From contig OY761159.2 in NCBI GenBank assembly GCA_963664395.2, forward strand, positions 4,576,001 to 4,640,000: 64,000 bases of DNA. The letters are read 5' to 3'. This document shows, one piece after another, positions 52,059-61,474 of the stretch (positions are counted from its first letter, which is position 1; every line of letters starts with the position of its first letter). Source of the DNA: Candidatus Binatia bacterium (GTDB lineage Bacteria > Desulfobacterota > Binatia > Bin18). The notes beneath the pieces were generated by a model. The model saw only the letters and a list, made by a program, of their open reading frames with translations, did not search any database and was not told the DNA's origin. The position numbers were made by a program, and so were the translations under genes.

Positions 52059-52388
52059 TCACATAGCGTCATTGGCGAGGCGCGCGCTCACCAACCGGTT
52101 CAGGCTCACCCCCTCCTCTGCTGCCTGTATGGCGAGGGCACGGTGTGTTTCTGGGGGCACGCGTACCATAAACTTTCCGCTATAGGTCCGGTCAGCCAGT
52201 GGCGGCGGCGGAGTTTCTCCGGTGGTTTGCATATCGGCGATACAGGTACGCACCAGCCGCTGGATACCGGCCAAAGCCTTAGCCGGAGTAGATGCCAGCC
52301 AGCTTAACGAAGGGAATTCTGTACACAGGCCAACATGGGCGTTATCTTCGGTGGACCAAGTAATGCGGTAGGTGTAGTGAGTCGTCAT
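52059..52388 (-). CDS. hicB: HicB family antitoxin
   Basis: YRITWS.ED..HVG.C.EFPSLSW, YSGKFMVRVP..HR.L...A...GVSLN. Confidence 0.9.
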   Translation of the reverse strand: MTTHYTYRITWSTEDNAHVGLCTEFPSLSWLASTPAKALAGIQRLVRTCIADMQTTGETPPPPLADRTYSGKFMVRVPPETHRALAIQAAEEGVSLNRLVSARLANDAM

Positions 52389-52564
52389 TTCATGCCCTCC
52401 AATTTCTCAATCGCTTTGATGACCTGGCGAGCTTGATAGGGTTTTGCCATCCCTTTGACGTTCTGGATATTCACTCTGGGGTCATCCGGCCAGGGAGTGC
52501 GGTAGATGCGGTGGCTCGTGCCCTTCTGACGCGGTTCTCCGAGGAGCATCTCGGTATCAGCCAC
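52385..52564 (-). pseudogene. HicA-like toxin, apparently internally deleted (59 aa)
   Basis: GEPRQKGTSHRIYRTPW..DPRVNIQ...GMAKPYQ is present, but GTG-ADTEMLL runs straight into it and the expected N-terminal helical segment is missing. Confidence 0.65.
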
Positions 52565-52579
52565 ATGCGCTAAGATATC

Positions 52580-52594
52580 AATAGTGATACTATT
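52580..52594. promoter_or_regulatory. Putative HicB operator palindrome
   Basis: AATAGT-GAT-ACTATT just upstream of the hicA-like start. Confidence 0.5.
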
Positions 52595-52705
52595 CAACAA
52601 GGGCCGGGGAGAAGAAAGAGATAGTCCCTCGTCGCTGTTCAGTTCTCTGCCGCTATACTTCCCGTCGCTGAATGGAGGTGCCGGCAGGTTGCCCGCACCC
52701 CCAGC

Positions 52706-52734
52706 TTGACCCTGGGGAGATTCGTTTCTATACT
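52706..52734 (+). promoter_or_regulatory. Sigma70-type promoter of the DNA ligase gene
   Basis: TTGACC-17 bp-TATACT. Confidence 0.6.
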
Positions 52735-52783
52735 CCTCCATACTCAACTCCTTGAATAAACAGAGTAATCTCTTGATATCGCC

Positions 52784-53650
52784 ATGCTGAAAATTTTCCT
52801 CCTGCGCTCGTACTGCCTGACCCGTCTGTCTCTTGTGTTCTTTCTTTTTTTCTCCCCGTCCGTTTTGTTTGCCGAACCCCAGTCCGCGCCGGTCATGCAG
52901 GCTCAGGCCTGGGAGCCGGACATCGACATCCGAGGCTGGTGGATGAGTGAAAAGCTGGACGGCGTGCGCGGCTATTGGACGGGCGAGCAACTCGTTTCTC
53001 GGTCGGGCAACGTGTTTGCCGCGCCGGCCTGGTTTACCGAGAATTTTCCGGCTGTACCGTTAGACGGGGAGCTATGGGTCGGACGGCAGCGGTTCGCCGA
53101 GACCGTCAGCATTGTGCGCCGCCACACACCGCACGACGGCTGGAAGTCGATCCGGTATATGATCTTTGATGCGCCACAGGCCGAGGGCGGCTTTGAGCAA
53201 CGTCTGGCCTTTGCCCGCGAATGGTTTCAGCAGCATCCCAACCCCTACGTGTCCGTCATCGAACACGAAGTGTGCGAAGATGAGCAGCATCTCCGTACAA
53301 AACTAGCCGAGATTGAAGCGCTGGGCGGCGAAGGCCTGATCTTACGCCAGCCCGAATCGGCCTATACCGTCGGGCGCTCGGCCACCATCTTGAAAGTCAA
53401 AACCTTTCAGGAAGCCCAGGCGGTTGTCCTTGAACACCTGTCCGGCTCAGGGCGAAATGCCGGGCGGCTGGGATCATTGCGGGTTGAATTGTCAAACGGC
53501 GTCCGGTTTGCCATTGGTTCAGGTTTTTCCGATGCGGAGCGCGACAGCCCGCCGCCGGTCGGCAGCACCATTCGTTTCAAGCACCAGGGGTATACCAAAG
53601 CCGGAGTTCCCCGGTTCGCCTCGTTTCTGCGCGTCGAGGGGAAGTTCTGA
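52784..53650 (+). CDS. Minimal ATP-dependent DNA ligase with signal peptide (Lig E type)
   Basis: WWMSEKLDGVR, LDGELW, IFD, GEGLILR, LKVK, C-terminal OB domain ending PRFASFLR; hydrophobic N-terminal leader. Confidence 0.92.
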   Translation: MLKIFLLRSYCLTRLSLVFFLFFSPSVLFAEPQSAPVMQAQAWEPDIDIRGWWMSEKLDGVRGYWTGEQLVSRSGNVFAAPAWFTENFPAVPLDGELWVGRQRFAETVSIVRRHTPHDGWKSIRYMIFDAPQAEGGFEQRLAFAREWFQQHPNPYVSVIEHEVCEDEQHLRTKLAEIEALGGEGLILRQPESAYTVGRSATILKVKTFQEAQAVVLEHLSGSGRNAGRLGSLRVELSNGVRFAIGSGFSDAERDSPPPVGSTIRFKHQGYTKAGVPRFASFLRVEGKF

Positions 53651-53661
53651 CAGAGGGCGCG

Positions 53662-54612
53662 CTAGGCCGAAGCGGGCGGTTCACGGACGACCTTCTCGAA
53701 ATAAGTCATATTGGGATTGGTCATGGCCTCGCCCAACTTTGAATCAAGCCGGTGATGCAAAGCTTCCGTAGCCCATTTACCGATGGCAACGGCTTGATTA
53801 AGGTCCACGCCGGTCTCAATCCCAAGGCCGTTCAGCATATAGACCAGCTCTTCCGAGGACAGATTCCCGGTTGCGCCCGGCGCATTCGGGCAGCCGCCCA
53901 GCCCGCCGCAGGCACTCTCAAGAATGGACACTCCCATTTCCATGGCAGCGTAGCAGTTGGCCAGCGCCATTCCGCACGTGTTGTGAAAATGCGCGGTTAA
54001 TACGGAGGCAGGGACACCCTCGTCTTCACAGGCTTGGATGATTGCTTTAATCGACCGCGGAGTACCGACCCCAATGCTGTCTCCAAGGGCGATTTCGTAA
54101 CAGCCCATAGCCTGGAATCTTTTGACCAGCCGGCCGACCTCTTGAGGATCGACATCACCTTCATACGGACAGCCGGCAACGCAGGAGACCGCGCCGCGCA
54201 CCTTGACGTTGTGTTCTTTTGCCGCGGCAACAACCGGCTCAAAACGTCCGAAGCTTTCTTCAATCGTACAATTGATATTGGCATTACTGAACTGCTCAGT
54301 GGCCGCGCCAAAGATCGTGATGACATTGACACCCGCCCTGAGCGCATCGTGAAAGCCCCGCATATTCGGCACAAGCGCGCTGTATTCCACGCCAGGTTTT
54401 GGTTCGATCTGCCGGGCAACCTGATCCGAGCCCTGCATGGCCGGAATAACCTTGGGGCTCACGAATTCACCCACTTCAATGGCGGGAAACCCCGCCGCGG
54501 AGAGCCGGTTGACCAGCTCAATCCGAAAGTCTACCGGGATCAAATGCTTAAAACCTTCTAAACCATCTCTGGCGGTCAGATCGACGATTTTCACTTTGCT
54601 TGGGAGTGTCAT
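53662..54612 (-). CDS. Hydroxymethylglutaryl-CoA lyase family protein
   Basis: RDGL, FVSPKVIP, HFH, GLGGCP.APGATGN. Confidence 0.9.
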   Translation of the reverse strand: MTLPSKVKIVDLTARDGLEGFKHLIPVDFRIELVNRLSAAGFPAIEVGEFVSPKVIPAMQGSDQVARQIEPKPGVEYSALVPNMRGFHDALRAGVNVITIFGAATEQFSNANINCTIEESFGRFEPVVAAAKEHNVKVRGAVSCVAGCPYEGDVDPQEVGRLVKRFQAMGCYEIALGDSIGVGTPRSIKAIIQACEDEGVPASVLTAHFHNTCGMALANCYAAMEMGVSILESACGGLGGCPNAPGATGNLSSEELVYMLNGLGIETGVDLNQAVAIGKWATEALHHRLDSKLGEAMTNPNMTYFEKVVREPPASA

Positions 54613-54729
54613 GGGTTTGCCTCCATCTTTTTTCTCACTTGTCTTTTTCACTTGCCCCTGACCTAACACTATGCGGCGCAAAACGGCAAGTAAGGTACAG
54701 GTGACAGGCTCCTGGACAGGGTAACGTGT

Positions 54730-54957
54730 TCCGCCCTCGCCCTGCTCGGGGCTTTTACCGTGCTGCTGGCCGCCACCATCAGCTTCGCCCTCTGGGACCG
54801 CCGCAGTATGCTTCGGCCCATTGAGGGTCGGGTGAAAAGTCTGGAAGAAGAGTTAGCCACCAATCGGCCCCATGTGCGGGCCCTGCTGGAATCCTTACGC
54901 AATCTCAGTCAGCGCGACCCCGAAGTCGCGGCCGTGCTGAAAAACTTTAATCTCTGA
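54730..54957 (+). pseudogene. Short hypothetical gene or 5'-truncated remnant
   Basis: Transmembrane helix, ISFALWDRR and a coiled coil; no good start or RBS. Confidence 0.4.
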
Positions 54958-54975
54958 GTGACGAATCACTGTTCG

Positions 54976-55890
54976 TTACTCAACATGTTTCCAGGCGTGG
55001 TAGGAACTGCGTACCAGCGGGCCGGATTCGACATGGCGAAAGCCCAGATGCAGGGCCTCTTCGCGTAAGGCTTTGAACTCGTCCGGATGGACGTAGCGTT
55101 CGACCGGGAGCTGTTCCTTCGACGGTTGGAGATATTGCCCGAGCGTCAGGATATCGCACTCAATCGCTCGCAGGTCACCAAAGACGGTCAGGAGTTCTTC
55201 ATAGGTCTCGCCAAGACCGAGCATGATGCCGGTCTTGGTTTTCAGATTCGAGCGGACGGCTTTGGCTTTCTCCAGAACACGTAAGGAGCGCTCGTACTTC
55301 GCCCCCGGGCGCACCCGTTTGTACAGACGCGGCACACTCTCGGTGTTGTGATTGAAAATAGTGATCGGCGATTCGGCAACAGTGACAACCGCACTTTCAT
55401 TGCCCTGAAAATCGGGGGTCAGGACTTCAATCGCACAGTCGGGATTCAGGTCTTTGATCGCGTTCACGGTCTCGGCAAAATGTTTTGCTCCACCGTCCGG
55501 CAGGTCGTCTCTGTTTACAGACGTGACGACAATATGCGAGAGGTTCATCTTGCGGGCCGCCTCAGCCACGCGGCGGGGCTCTCCGGGGTCGAGAGCCACC
55601 ATGCGACCGTGACTGACCGCACAGAACCGGCAGTTACGGGTACACACGTCACCCATGAGCATGAACGTGGCGGTGCCATGTCCCCAGCATTCAGCAATAT
55701 TGGGACACTGGGCTTCCTGGCACACCGTGTTGAGCTTGAACGTCGAAACAATGGCCCTTGTCTGCGTATAGCCTGGGCCACTCGGCATGCGGACTTTAAT
55801 CCAGTCCGGATGCCGACGCTTTACCGGGCGGCTGCCGTGTGTTCCATTGGATGAGGCTTGAGAGCTGGCGTCTGCAGGCTGGTGTTCCAT
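54976..55890 (-). CDS. lipA: Lipoyl synthase
   Basis: CQEAQCPNIAEC, CTRNCRFC, RSSY. Confidence 0.97.
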   Translation of the reverse strand: MEHQPADASSQASSNGTHGSRPVKRRHPDWIKVRMPSGPGYTQTRAIVSTFKLNTVCQEAQCPNIAECWGHGTATFMLMGDVCTRNCRFCAVSHGRMVALDPGEPRRVAEAARKMNLSHIVVTSVNRDDLPDGGAKHFAETVNAIKDLNPDCAIEVLTPDFQGNESAVVTVAESPITIFNHNTESVPRLYKRVRPGAKYERSLRVLEKAKAVRSNLKTKTGIMLGLGETYEELLTVFGDLRAIECDILTLGQYLQPSKEQLPVERYVHPDEFKALREEALHLGFRHVESGPLVRSSYHAWKHVE

Positions 55891-56513
55891 ACAATCTCCT
55901 GATGACCAAATGTTCGAGCAAGGCTTCGTACAACAGTCGCTTTCACTGTATTGAGCGAGATTTCTTCCTGCAACAATTGCTGCATGGATGTCATGCGCAC
56001 GCCCGGCAGTCCGCACGGGATAATAGCCGAGAAATACGACAGGTCAGGATTGACGTTCAAGGCAAAGCCATGAAACGTCACCCAGCGGCGGACGCCAATT
56101 CCGATCGAAGCGATTTTTTCGGTTCCCACCCATACGCCAGTGAGGCCGTCTCTCCGCGTGGCCACAATGTCCCATTCGGCCAGCGTTGTTATTAAGACGT
56201 CTTCAAGCCGGCGCAGATAGCGGTGGACATCTTTGCCGTGTTGTTTCAGGTCCAGAATAGGATAGCCAACCAATTGGCCAGGTCCATGGAAGGTGACCTC
56301 CCCGCCGCGACCGACTCGATGGACCGGCACCTGACCAGGGTCGAGCAGATATTTTTCGTCTCCCCCACGGCCTAACGTAAACACCGGAGGATGTTCGAGA
56401 AGGAGCAGGCTGTCCGGTATCTCATCAGCGTAGCGTCGCGCGACCAGGGTCTGCTGCACTGTCAACGCGCGAGCATAGTCCATCAAACCAAGGTCAGCAT
56501 GTAAAAGTTTCAT
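55821..56513 (-). CDS. lipB: Lipoyl(octanoyl) transferase
   Basis: EHPPVFTLG, RGGEVTFHGPGQ, KIASIG, PCG. Confidence 0.96.
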   Translation of the reverse strand: MKLLHADLGLMDYARALTVQQTLVARRYADEIPDSLLLLEHPPVFTLGRGGDEKYLLDPGQVPVHRVGRGGEVTFHGPGQLVGYPILDLKQHGKDVHRYLRRLEDVLITTLAEWDIVATRRDGLTGVWVGTEKIASIGIGVRRWVTFHGFALNVNPDLSYFSAIIPCGLPGVRMTSMQQLLQEEISLNTVKATVVRSLARTFGHQEIVWNTSLQTPALKPHPMEHTAAAR

Positions 56514-56533
56514 GACACCAGTTCTCAGGCCGG

Positions 56534-57925
56534 CTAGAAATTAATGCCCCGCCCTTCGGCATCTAATGCGGCTTCCATAATCGCTTCAGACAGTGTCGGA
56601 TGGGCATGGACGGTTTCGCTCAACTCGGCGGTGGTTGCTTCCAGCGTTCGAGCCAGACAGACCTCGGCAATGAGGTCTGTCGCACCGCGCCCGACGATGT
56701 GACAGCCCAGGATCTCACCATATTCTTTCTCAACCACCAGCTTGACCATCCCTTCGTCATGTCCGGAAGCGAGCGCCTTGCCCAGCGCGCGGAACGGGAA
56801 GCGCCCGACTTTGACTTCATAGCCCTGCGCCTGGGCCTGCTCTTCGCTCAGCCCAAAGACCGCCACTTGCGGCTGACAATAAATACAGGCCGGGATGCGG
56901 GACGCATCCCGCCCTTTCTCCCGTTCGCCGGTCATGTATTCAACCGAGGCAATACCTTCTTCTGAGGCGGCATGAGCCAAGAGCGGTGGCCCATTTACAT
57001 CCCCGATCGCATAGATTGCGGTATTGGCGGTTTGCATTTGCGCGTTGACCTGCACATAACCGCGCTCAATCTCTACGCCGGCCTCTTCAAGACCAAGGTC
57101 AGCGCTAATAGGAGCCCGACCGACAGCCACCAGGACTTTATTGGCCGTGCGTTCCTTGAAGGTACCGGCGCTATCCAGGTTGACCTCGACCCGGCCCGGA
57201 TATTTTTCCAGACTGTGAAACATCGTCTGTGTCAGGATCTCGATTCCCTTTCTCTTAAATGAGCGTTCCAGCTCCTGCACGATTTCACTATCGACCCCAG
57301 GCAGGAGTTGCTTTTCCATTTCAACAATCGTCACCCGGCAGCCAAACGTGCTGTAGATATAGGCGAACTCCACACCAATCGCACCGCCGCCGATTATGAC
57401 AATGGATTCGGGGATGGCTTGCTCCGTTAATGCCTCATAACTGGTTAAGACCTGCTTGCCATCGACTTCAAGTCCGGGCAGCGTCCGCTCGCGCGAACCG
57501 GTGGCAATCACAATACGCTCGGCTTCAACCTGCTGCGCCTCCTGACCACTGGCTTCAATCACCACGCGATTTTTAGCCTCAAGCCTGCCCGCCCCCTTGA
57601 AGAGGGGCACCTTGTTCTTTTTGAGCAGGTATTCCACCCCTTTGGCCAATCGGCCGGCAACCTGGCGCGAACGCTTGATGACCTGGGGATAATCAAAAGA
57701 CAGCCCACTCACCTTAATGCCATAGCGCTCGCCCTGTTTGAGGTCTTCATACATCTCGGCTGAGGTCAGAATGGCTTTAGACGGAATACAGCCCCAGTTC
57801 AGGCACACCCCACCAGGCTGATCTTTCTCCACTACTGCGACGCTCAGGCCAAGCTGGGCGGCCCGAATGGCGGCCACATAACCTCCCGGGCCTGCTCCAA
57901 TCACCACCAAGTCGTATCGTTCCAT
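56534..57925 (-). CDS. lpdA: Dihydrolipoyl dehydrogenase
   Basis: GGVCLNWGCIPSK, HAHPTLSE. Confidence 0.97.
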   Translation of the reverse strand: MERYDLVVIGAGPGGYVAAIRAAQLGLSVAVVEKDQPGGVCLNWGCIPSKAILTSAEMYEDLKQGERYGIKVSGLSFDYPQVIKRSRQVAGRLAKGVEYLLKKNKVPLFKGAGRLEAKNRVVIEASGQEAQQVEAERIVIATGSRERTLPGLEVDGKQVLTSYEALTEQAIPESIVIIGGGAIGVEFAYIYSTFGCRVTIVEMEKQLLPGVDSEIVQELERSFKRKGIEILTQTMFHSLEKYPGRVEVNLDSAGTFKERTANKVLVAVGRAPISADLGLEEAGVEIERGYVQVNAQMQTANTAIYAIGDVNGPPLLAHAASEEGIASVEYMTGEREKGRDASRIPACIYCQPQVAVFGLSEEQAQAQGYEVKVGRFPFRALGKALASGHDEGMVKLVVEKEYGEILGCHIVGRGATDLIAEVCLARTLEATTAELSETVHAHPTLSEAIMEAALDAEGRGINF

Positions 57926-57934
57926 AGCTGTCCT

Positions 57935-59194
57935 TTACACCATTAAGCCGACCGGGTTTTCGAGTAAATTCTTCAGTTCTTCGAGAAATTGGGCAGCGGT
58001 CGCCCCATCCAATACCCGATGATCGCACGACAGCGTTGCCATCATCGTCCGAGAGATGACCATCTGCCCGTCTCTGACCGCCGGGCGCTCTTTAATAGCA
58101 CTGGTCGCCAGAATCGCCGCCTGGGGAGGATTAATCACCGCCGTAAAGTGTTCCACAGGATACATGCCCAAGTTGGAAATGGTAAAGGTACCTCCAGATA
58201 AATCTTTCGTCGTCGGCTTGCCTGCCCGCGCCCGTTCCACCAGCCCATTTGCCTGGGCGGCGATGTCAAGCAGCGACATCGCCTGACAGCCGTGCAGCAC
58301 TGGTACAATCAACCCATCATCAAGGGCAACCGCAATACCGATATTGATCTCAGCCTTGAGTTCTCGCCCGTTACCGCTAAAAGACGCATTCAGCCGTGGA
58401 TGTCGCCCCAACGCAACCGCGACTGCCTTGACCAATAAATGGGTATAGGTCACCTCGGCGGCAATCCGGTCACTCAGTTTCAGCGAAGTCCGCAGCCGAA
58501 CGGCCTCAGACATATCAATCTCAGTGGTGACATAAAAATGCGGCGCCTCACGCATGCTGGCAGCCATGCGTTTGGCAATAGTCGCCCGCATCCGAGAGAA
58601 CGGCTCCACCGTTCCGGTCGGCGTGACGACTGCCGGCTGAGGCTCCGATTGAGCCGCTACCGTCACAGCCAAAGCCTCGGCGCCTTCAAGGTCTTGCTTA
58701 ATAATCCGGCCGCCCGGTCCACTTCCCCGGACACTGGCGAGTTCAATGCTACGCTCTGCCGCGATTTTCTTGACAATGGGCGAAGCTAAAATCCGTTCGC
58801 CCTTTTTTCGAGCGGGCGGCTTCTTTTTCGGGGTGGCTTCACGGATTTTCCGTACTTTCTTCGCTGCCGGCGGGTCCGCTTTTTGGTCAGACCTTTTCTC
58901 TGAAGGTGGAGTTGATGCAGTTGCTGTTCGTGGCGGTGGAGCAACCCCGACTTCAACCTCTTCTCCTAACAGGGCCAGCACGGTTCCAACCGGGACAGAC
59001 TCGCCCTCTTGAACGCGAATCTCAGTGAGAAAGCCTTCGTCCAAGGCTTCCATTTCCATGTCAGCCTTATCGGTTTCCACCTCAGCGATAATATCGCCGA
59101 CCTCAACCTGCTCCCCGACTTTTTTGAGCCACTTGAGGATTTTCCCTTCCTCCATGGTGTCGCTCATGCGGGGCATGATAACTTCAGTCGCCAT
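57935..59194 (-). CDS. pdhC: 2-oxoacid dehydrogenase E2, probably pyruvate dehydrogenase dihydrolipoamide acetyltransferase
   Basis: Lipoyl ETDKA, E3-binding GSGPGGRI, catalytic DHRVLDG. Confidence 0.88.
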   Translation of the reverse strand: MATEVIMPRMSDTMEEGKILKWLKKVGEQVEVGDIIAEVETDKADMEMEALDEGFLTEIRVQEGESVPVGTVLALLGEEVEVGVAPPPRTATASTPPSEKRSDQKADPPAAKKVRKIREATPKKKPPARKKGERILASPIVKKIAAERSIELASVRGSGPGGRIIKQDLEGAEALAVTVAAQSEPQPAVVTPTGTVEPFSRMRATIAKRMAASMREAPHFYVTTEIDMSEAVRLRTSLKLSDRIAAEVTYTHLLVKAVAVALGRHPRLNASFSGNGRELKAEINIGIAVALDDGLIVPVLHGCQAMSLLDIAAQANGLVERARAGKPTTKDLSGGTFTISNLGMYPVEHFTAVINPPQAAILATSAIKERPAVRDGQMVISRTMMATLSCDHRVLDGATAAQFLEELKNLLENPVGLMV

Positions 59195-59215
59195 ACTACC
59201 CTCCTGGTCTTTCCT

Positions 59216-59944
59216 TCAGTATAGCAGAGGGAACGGTTGGAAGTGAGCCAGAACGCCGGAACAAACGCCGAGAACAAACGTCGAGAACAAACGAAATGAG
59301 CGTCGATGAGCCGGGCACGGTCCGTACTCGCGCAGGGCCTCACGATGGGCGGCGGTGCCGTAGCCCATATGGCGGGCAAAGCCGTACTGTGGATACTGCC
59401 GGTCCAGTGCAAGCATGAGCCGGTCGCGATACGTTTTCGCAATAATCGATGCCGCCGCAATGGAGTAAATATCCCGATCTCCCTTCTTAAAAGTGGACTG
59501 CGGCGTTGGATAGTCTTTCAGCACACGTCCATCTATCAGTACATGCTCGGGTCGAACCGGCAGTTGGTCCAAGGCCAGCCGCATGGCTTTTAAGCCGGCT
59601 TGGTAGATATTGATCCGATCAATCTCCCCGACCTCAACCACCCCAATGCCAATGCCCGTTGCGATCTGACGGATCTCCGGCTCAAGACGTTCCCGGGCTT
59701 TCTGCGTCAGGGTCTTGGAGTCGCGCACGCCGGCTGGGAAAGGCTCGGGAAGGCTCTGGCCTGCAAGGCTCTCGCCTGCAAGGCTCTCGCCTGCAAGGCT
59801 TGGCGGAAAAACTGCTGCTGCTGCAACCACCGGCCCGGCCAGGGGTCCCATGCCGACCTCGTCTACGCCGGCAACATGACTGAGCCCCGCTCGCCACAGC
59901 TTTTGTTCAACAACAAGTGTCGGATAGATCAGGCGGGAAGCCAC
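59216..59944 (-). CDS. rnhB: Ribonuclease HII
   Basis: GVDEVG.GPLAGPV, DSK, IDG, AASIIAK, GYGT..H. Confidence 0.95.
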   Translation of the reverse strand: MASRLIYPTLVVEQKLWRAGLSHVAGVDEVGMGPLAGPVVAAAAVFPPSLAGESLAGESLAGQSLPEPFPAGVRDSKTLTQKARERLEPEIRQIATGIGIGVVEVGEIDRINIYQAGLKAMRLALDQLPVRPEHVLIDGRVLKDYPTPQSTFKKGDRDIYSIAAASIIAKTYRDRLMLALDRQYPQYGFARHMGYGTAAHREALREYGPCPAHRRSFRLFSTFVLGVCSGVLAHFQPFPLLY

Positions 59945-59958
59945 GGGGGTTTCTTGCG

Positions 59959-60603
59959 CTAGACCGACGTTTCAGGCTCGTTTTGCTTACGCGCAGATAC
60001 GGCAAACATAGGATCAGAGCCGCCCGGATGAGGACTCCAGTCTTCAAAGACGGCTGTATCGTATCCGCCCACCTGCCGGAAATACGCTTCGATTAGCTCG
60101 GCCCGGCCCGTATCTCTCAGCGTTTGCCACAGGCGAATGGCTTTGGTTGGGAACATCCGGTTGGAGTACAGCACAAGAAAGGGACAGCCGGGCTTCAGCA
60201 CGCGATTCACTTCAGTGAAAATTTCGACCGGGCGGGTCATATATTGAATCGAGACTGCCACCACCACACCGTCAAAATAGGCGTCAGAAAATGGGAGCTG
60301 CGGGTCTACGTTGAGGTTGTGGACGACATATTCATCCAGGTCCGGGTTATCCGCCATCTCCTCGGCGTTGAGCCCGAGTCCGATACATTTTTGCTTCACA
60401 AATCCTTCGGGCAGATGCGAACGCCAACTGCTCATGAGATCCAAAAAGACACCGTTCGGAGTAAACGTCTGGGCGATACACCGCCCGGCTGCAGCAATCG
60501 CTCCGGCGTCAATATGCACGAGTTTGCGCGGAACAGTATAAAAGAGCGCATCATCGTTTTCGTCGAGCCGCTCGAACATGTCCGGGGTCAAACGCTGGTC
60601 CAT
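59959..60603 (-). CDS. SAM-dependent methyltransferase (type 11-like)
   Basis: DD.LFY..P..VHID, LDLMSSW, SNRMFPTKA. Confidence 0.88.
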   Translation of the reverse strand: MDQRLTPDMFERLDENDDALFYTVPRKLVHIDAGAIAAAGRCIAQTFTPNGVFLDLMSSWRSHLPEGFVKQKCIGLGLNAEEMADNPDLDEYVVHNLNVDPQLPFSDAYFDGVVVAVSIQYMTRPVEIFTEVNRVLKPGCPFLVLYSNRMFPTKAIRLWQTLRDTGRAELIEAYFRQVGGYDTAVFEDWSPHPGGSDPMFAVSARKQNEPETSV

Positions 60604-60625
60604 GGCGTGTCGGCAGGGCAGAGCC

Positions 60626-61402
60626 TTACTGAAAAAACGCGGCTAGATGCGTCACAGTTTCTTCCGGTTTTTCAAACGGCGGCGCGTGGCCACAGTCGGG
60701 AATCATGGCCAATTGCGAACCTTCAATCCCCTCATGATAGGCACGCCCGTGGGCGAGCGGTATCAGCCGGTCAGATTCGCCCCAGATAATCAGGGTTGGA
60801 ACGGTCACCCGATACAATCGGCTACGCAGCTTTGGGTTGCATAAATGTGGATTCCAGCCCACCCGCGCCGTTGCTTCGCGCGCGCGCATGACGTTTTCAA
60901 GGACTTCTTGGCTTGGTTTGTCAGGGATAAAACTCCGGGCGAGTTCCGACTCCGGATCATGGAAGACTAAGCGGCGTGTTTCCTGTGTATTTGCCGCAAA
61001 AATATCCTCCATTGGGGAGCCGGGTACGCGCAGCCCGGCCGGATTAATCAAGGCGAGCTTTTTCAGGCGATTGCTATAGCGAGTCGCTAATTCGGCGGCT
61101 AACCAACCCCCGAGAGAGAGACCGACCACATAGGGCTGATCGAGCCCTATGTGGTCCATCAAATCCGTATAGTGAAAGACCAAGTCTTCTATGGTGTCTA
61201 TTTGATCCAGCCCTTCAGATTGGCTAAAGCCTGGATGTCCTGGCACATACACGCTGTAATGCTGCGCAAGCTGCTCGAAAAAAGGCAGCCAGACCACCTC
61301 TCCCCCAGCACTATGGAGATACAGAAGTGGGTCTCCGGACCCCCCACTGAGCATTTGGGTCTTCTTGCCACGAATATCAAGAAACTCTTCCCGGAAGGCC
61401 AT
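60626..61402 (-). CDS. Alpha/beta hydrolase
   Basis: GLSLGG nucleophile elbow, WG.SD, CGH.P. Confidence 0.9.
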   Translation of the reverse strand: MAFREEFLDIRGKKTQMLSGGSGDPLLYLHSAGGEVVWLPFFEQLAQHYSVYVPGHPGFSQSEGLDQIDTIEDLVFHYTDLMDHIGLDQPYVVGLSLGGWLAAELATRYSNRLKKLALINPAGLRVPGSPMEDIFAANTQETRRLVFHDPESELARSFIPDKPSQEVLENVMRAREATARVGWNPHLCNPKLRSRLYRVTVPTLIIWGESDRLIPLAHGRAYHEGIEGSQLAMIPDCGHAPPFEKPEETVTHLAAFFQ

Positions 61403-61474
61403 AATCTCTCCCTTTTTCGGTCACAGTCCTGTCAGTCAATGCGCTCCCCGTGTACCACATCCCCGGCAGCTTGC

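Noticed and set aside
52565-52990. N-terminal 142 aa of the 201-aa minus-strand ORF as part of HicA
   Set aside because: It overlaps the ligase gene and its promoter on the other strand; only the last about 59 codons resemble HicA.
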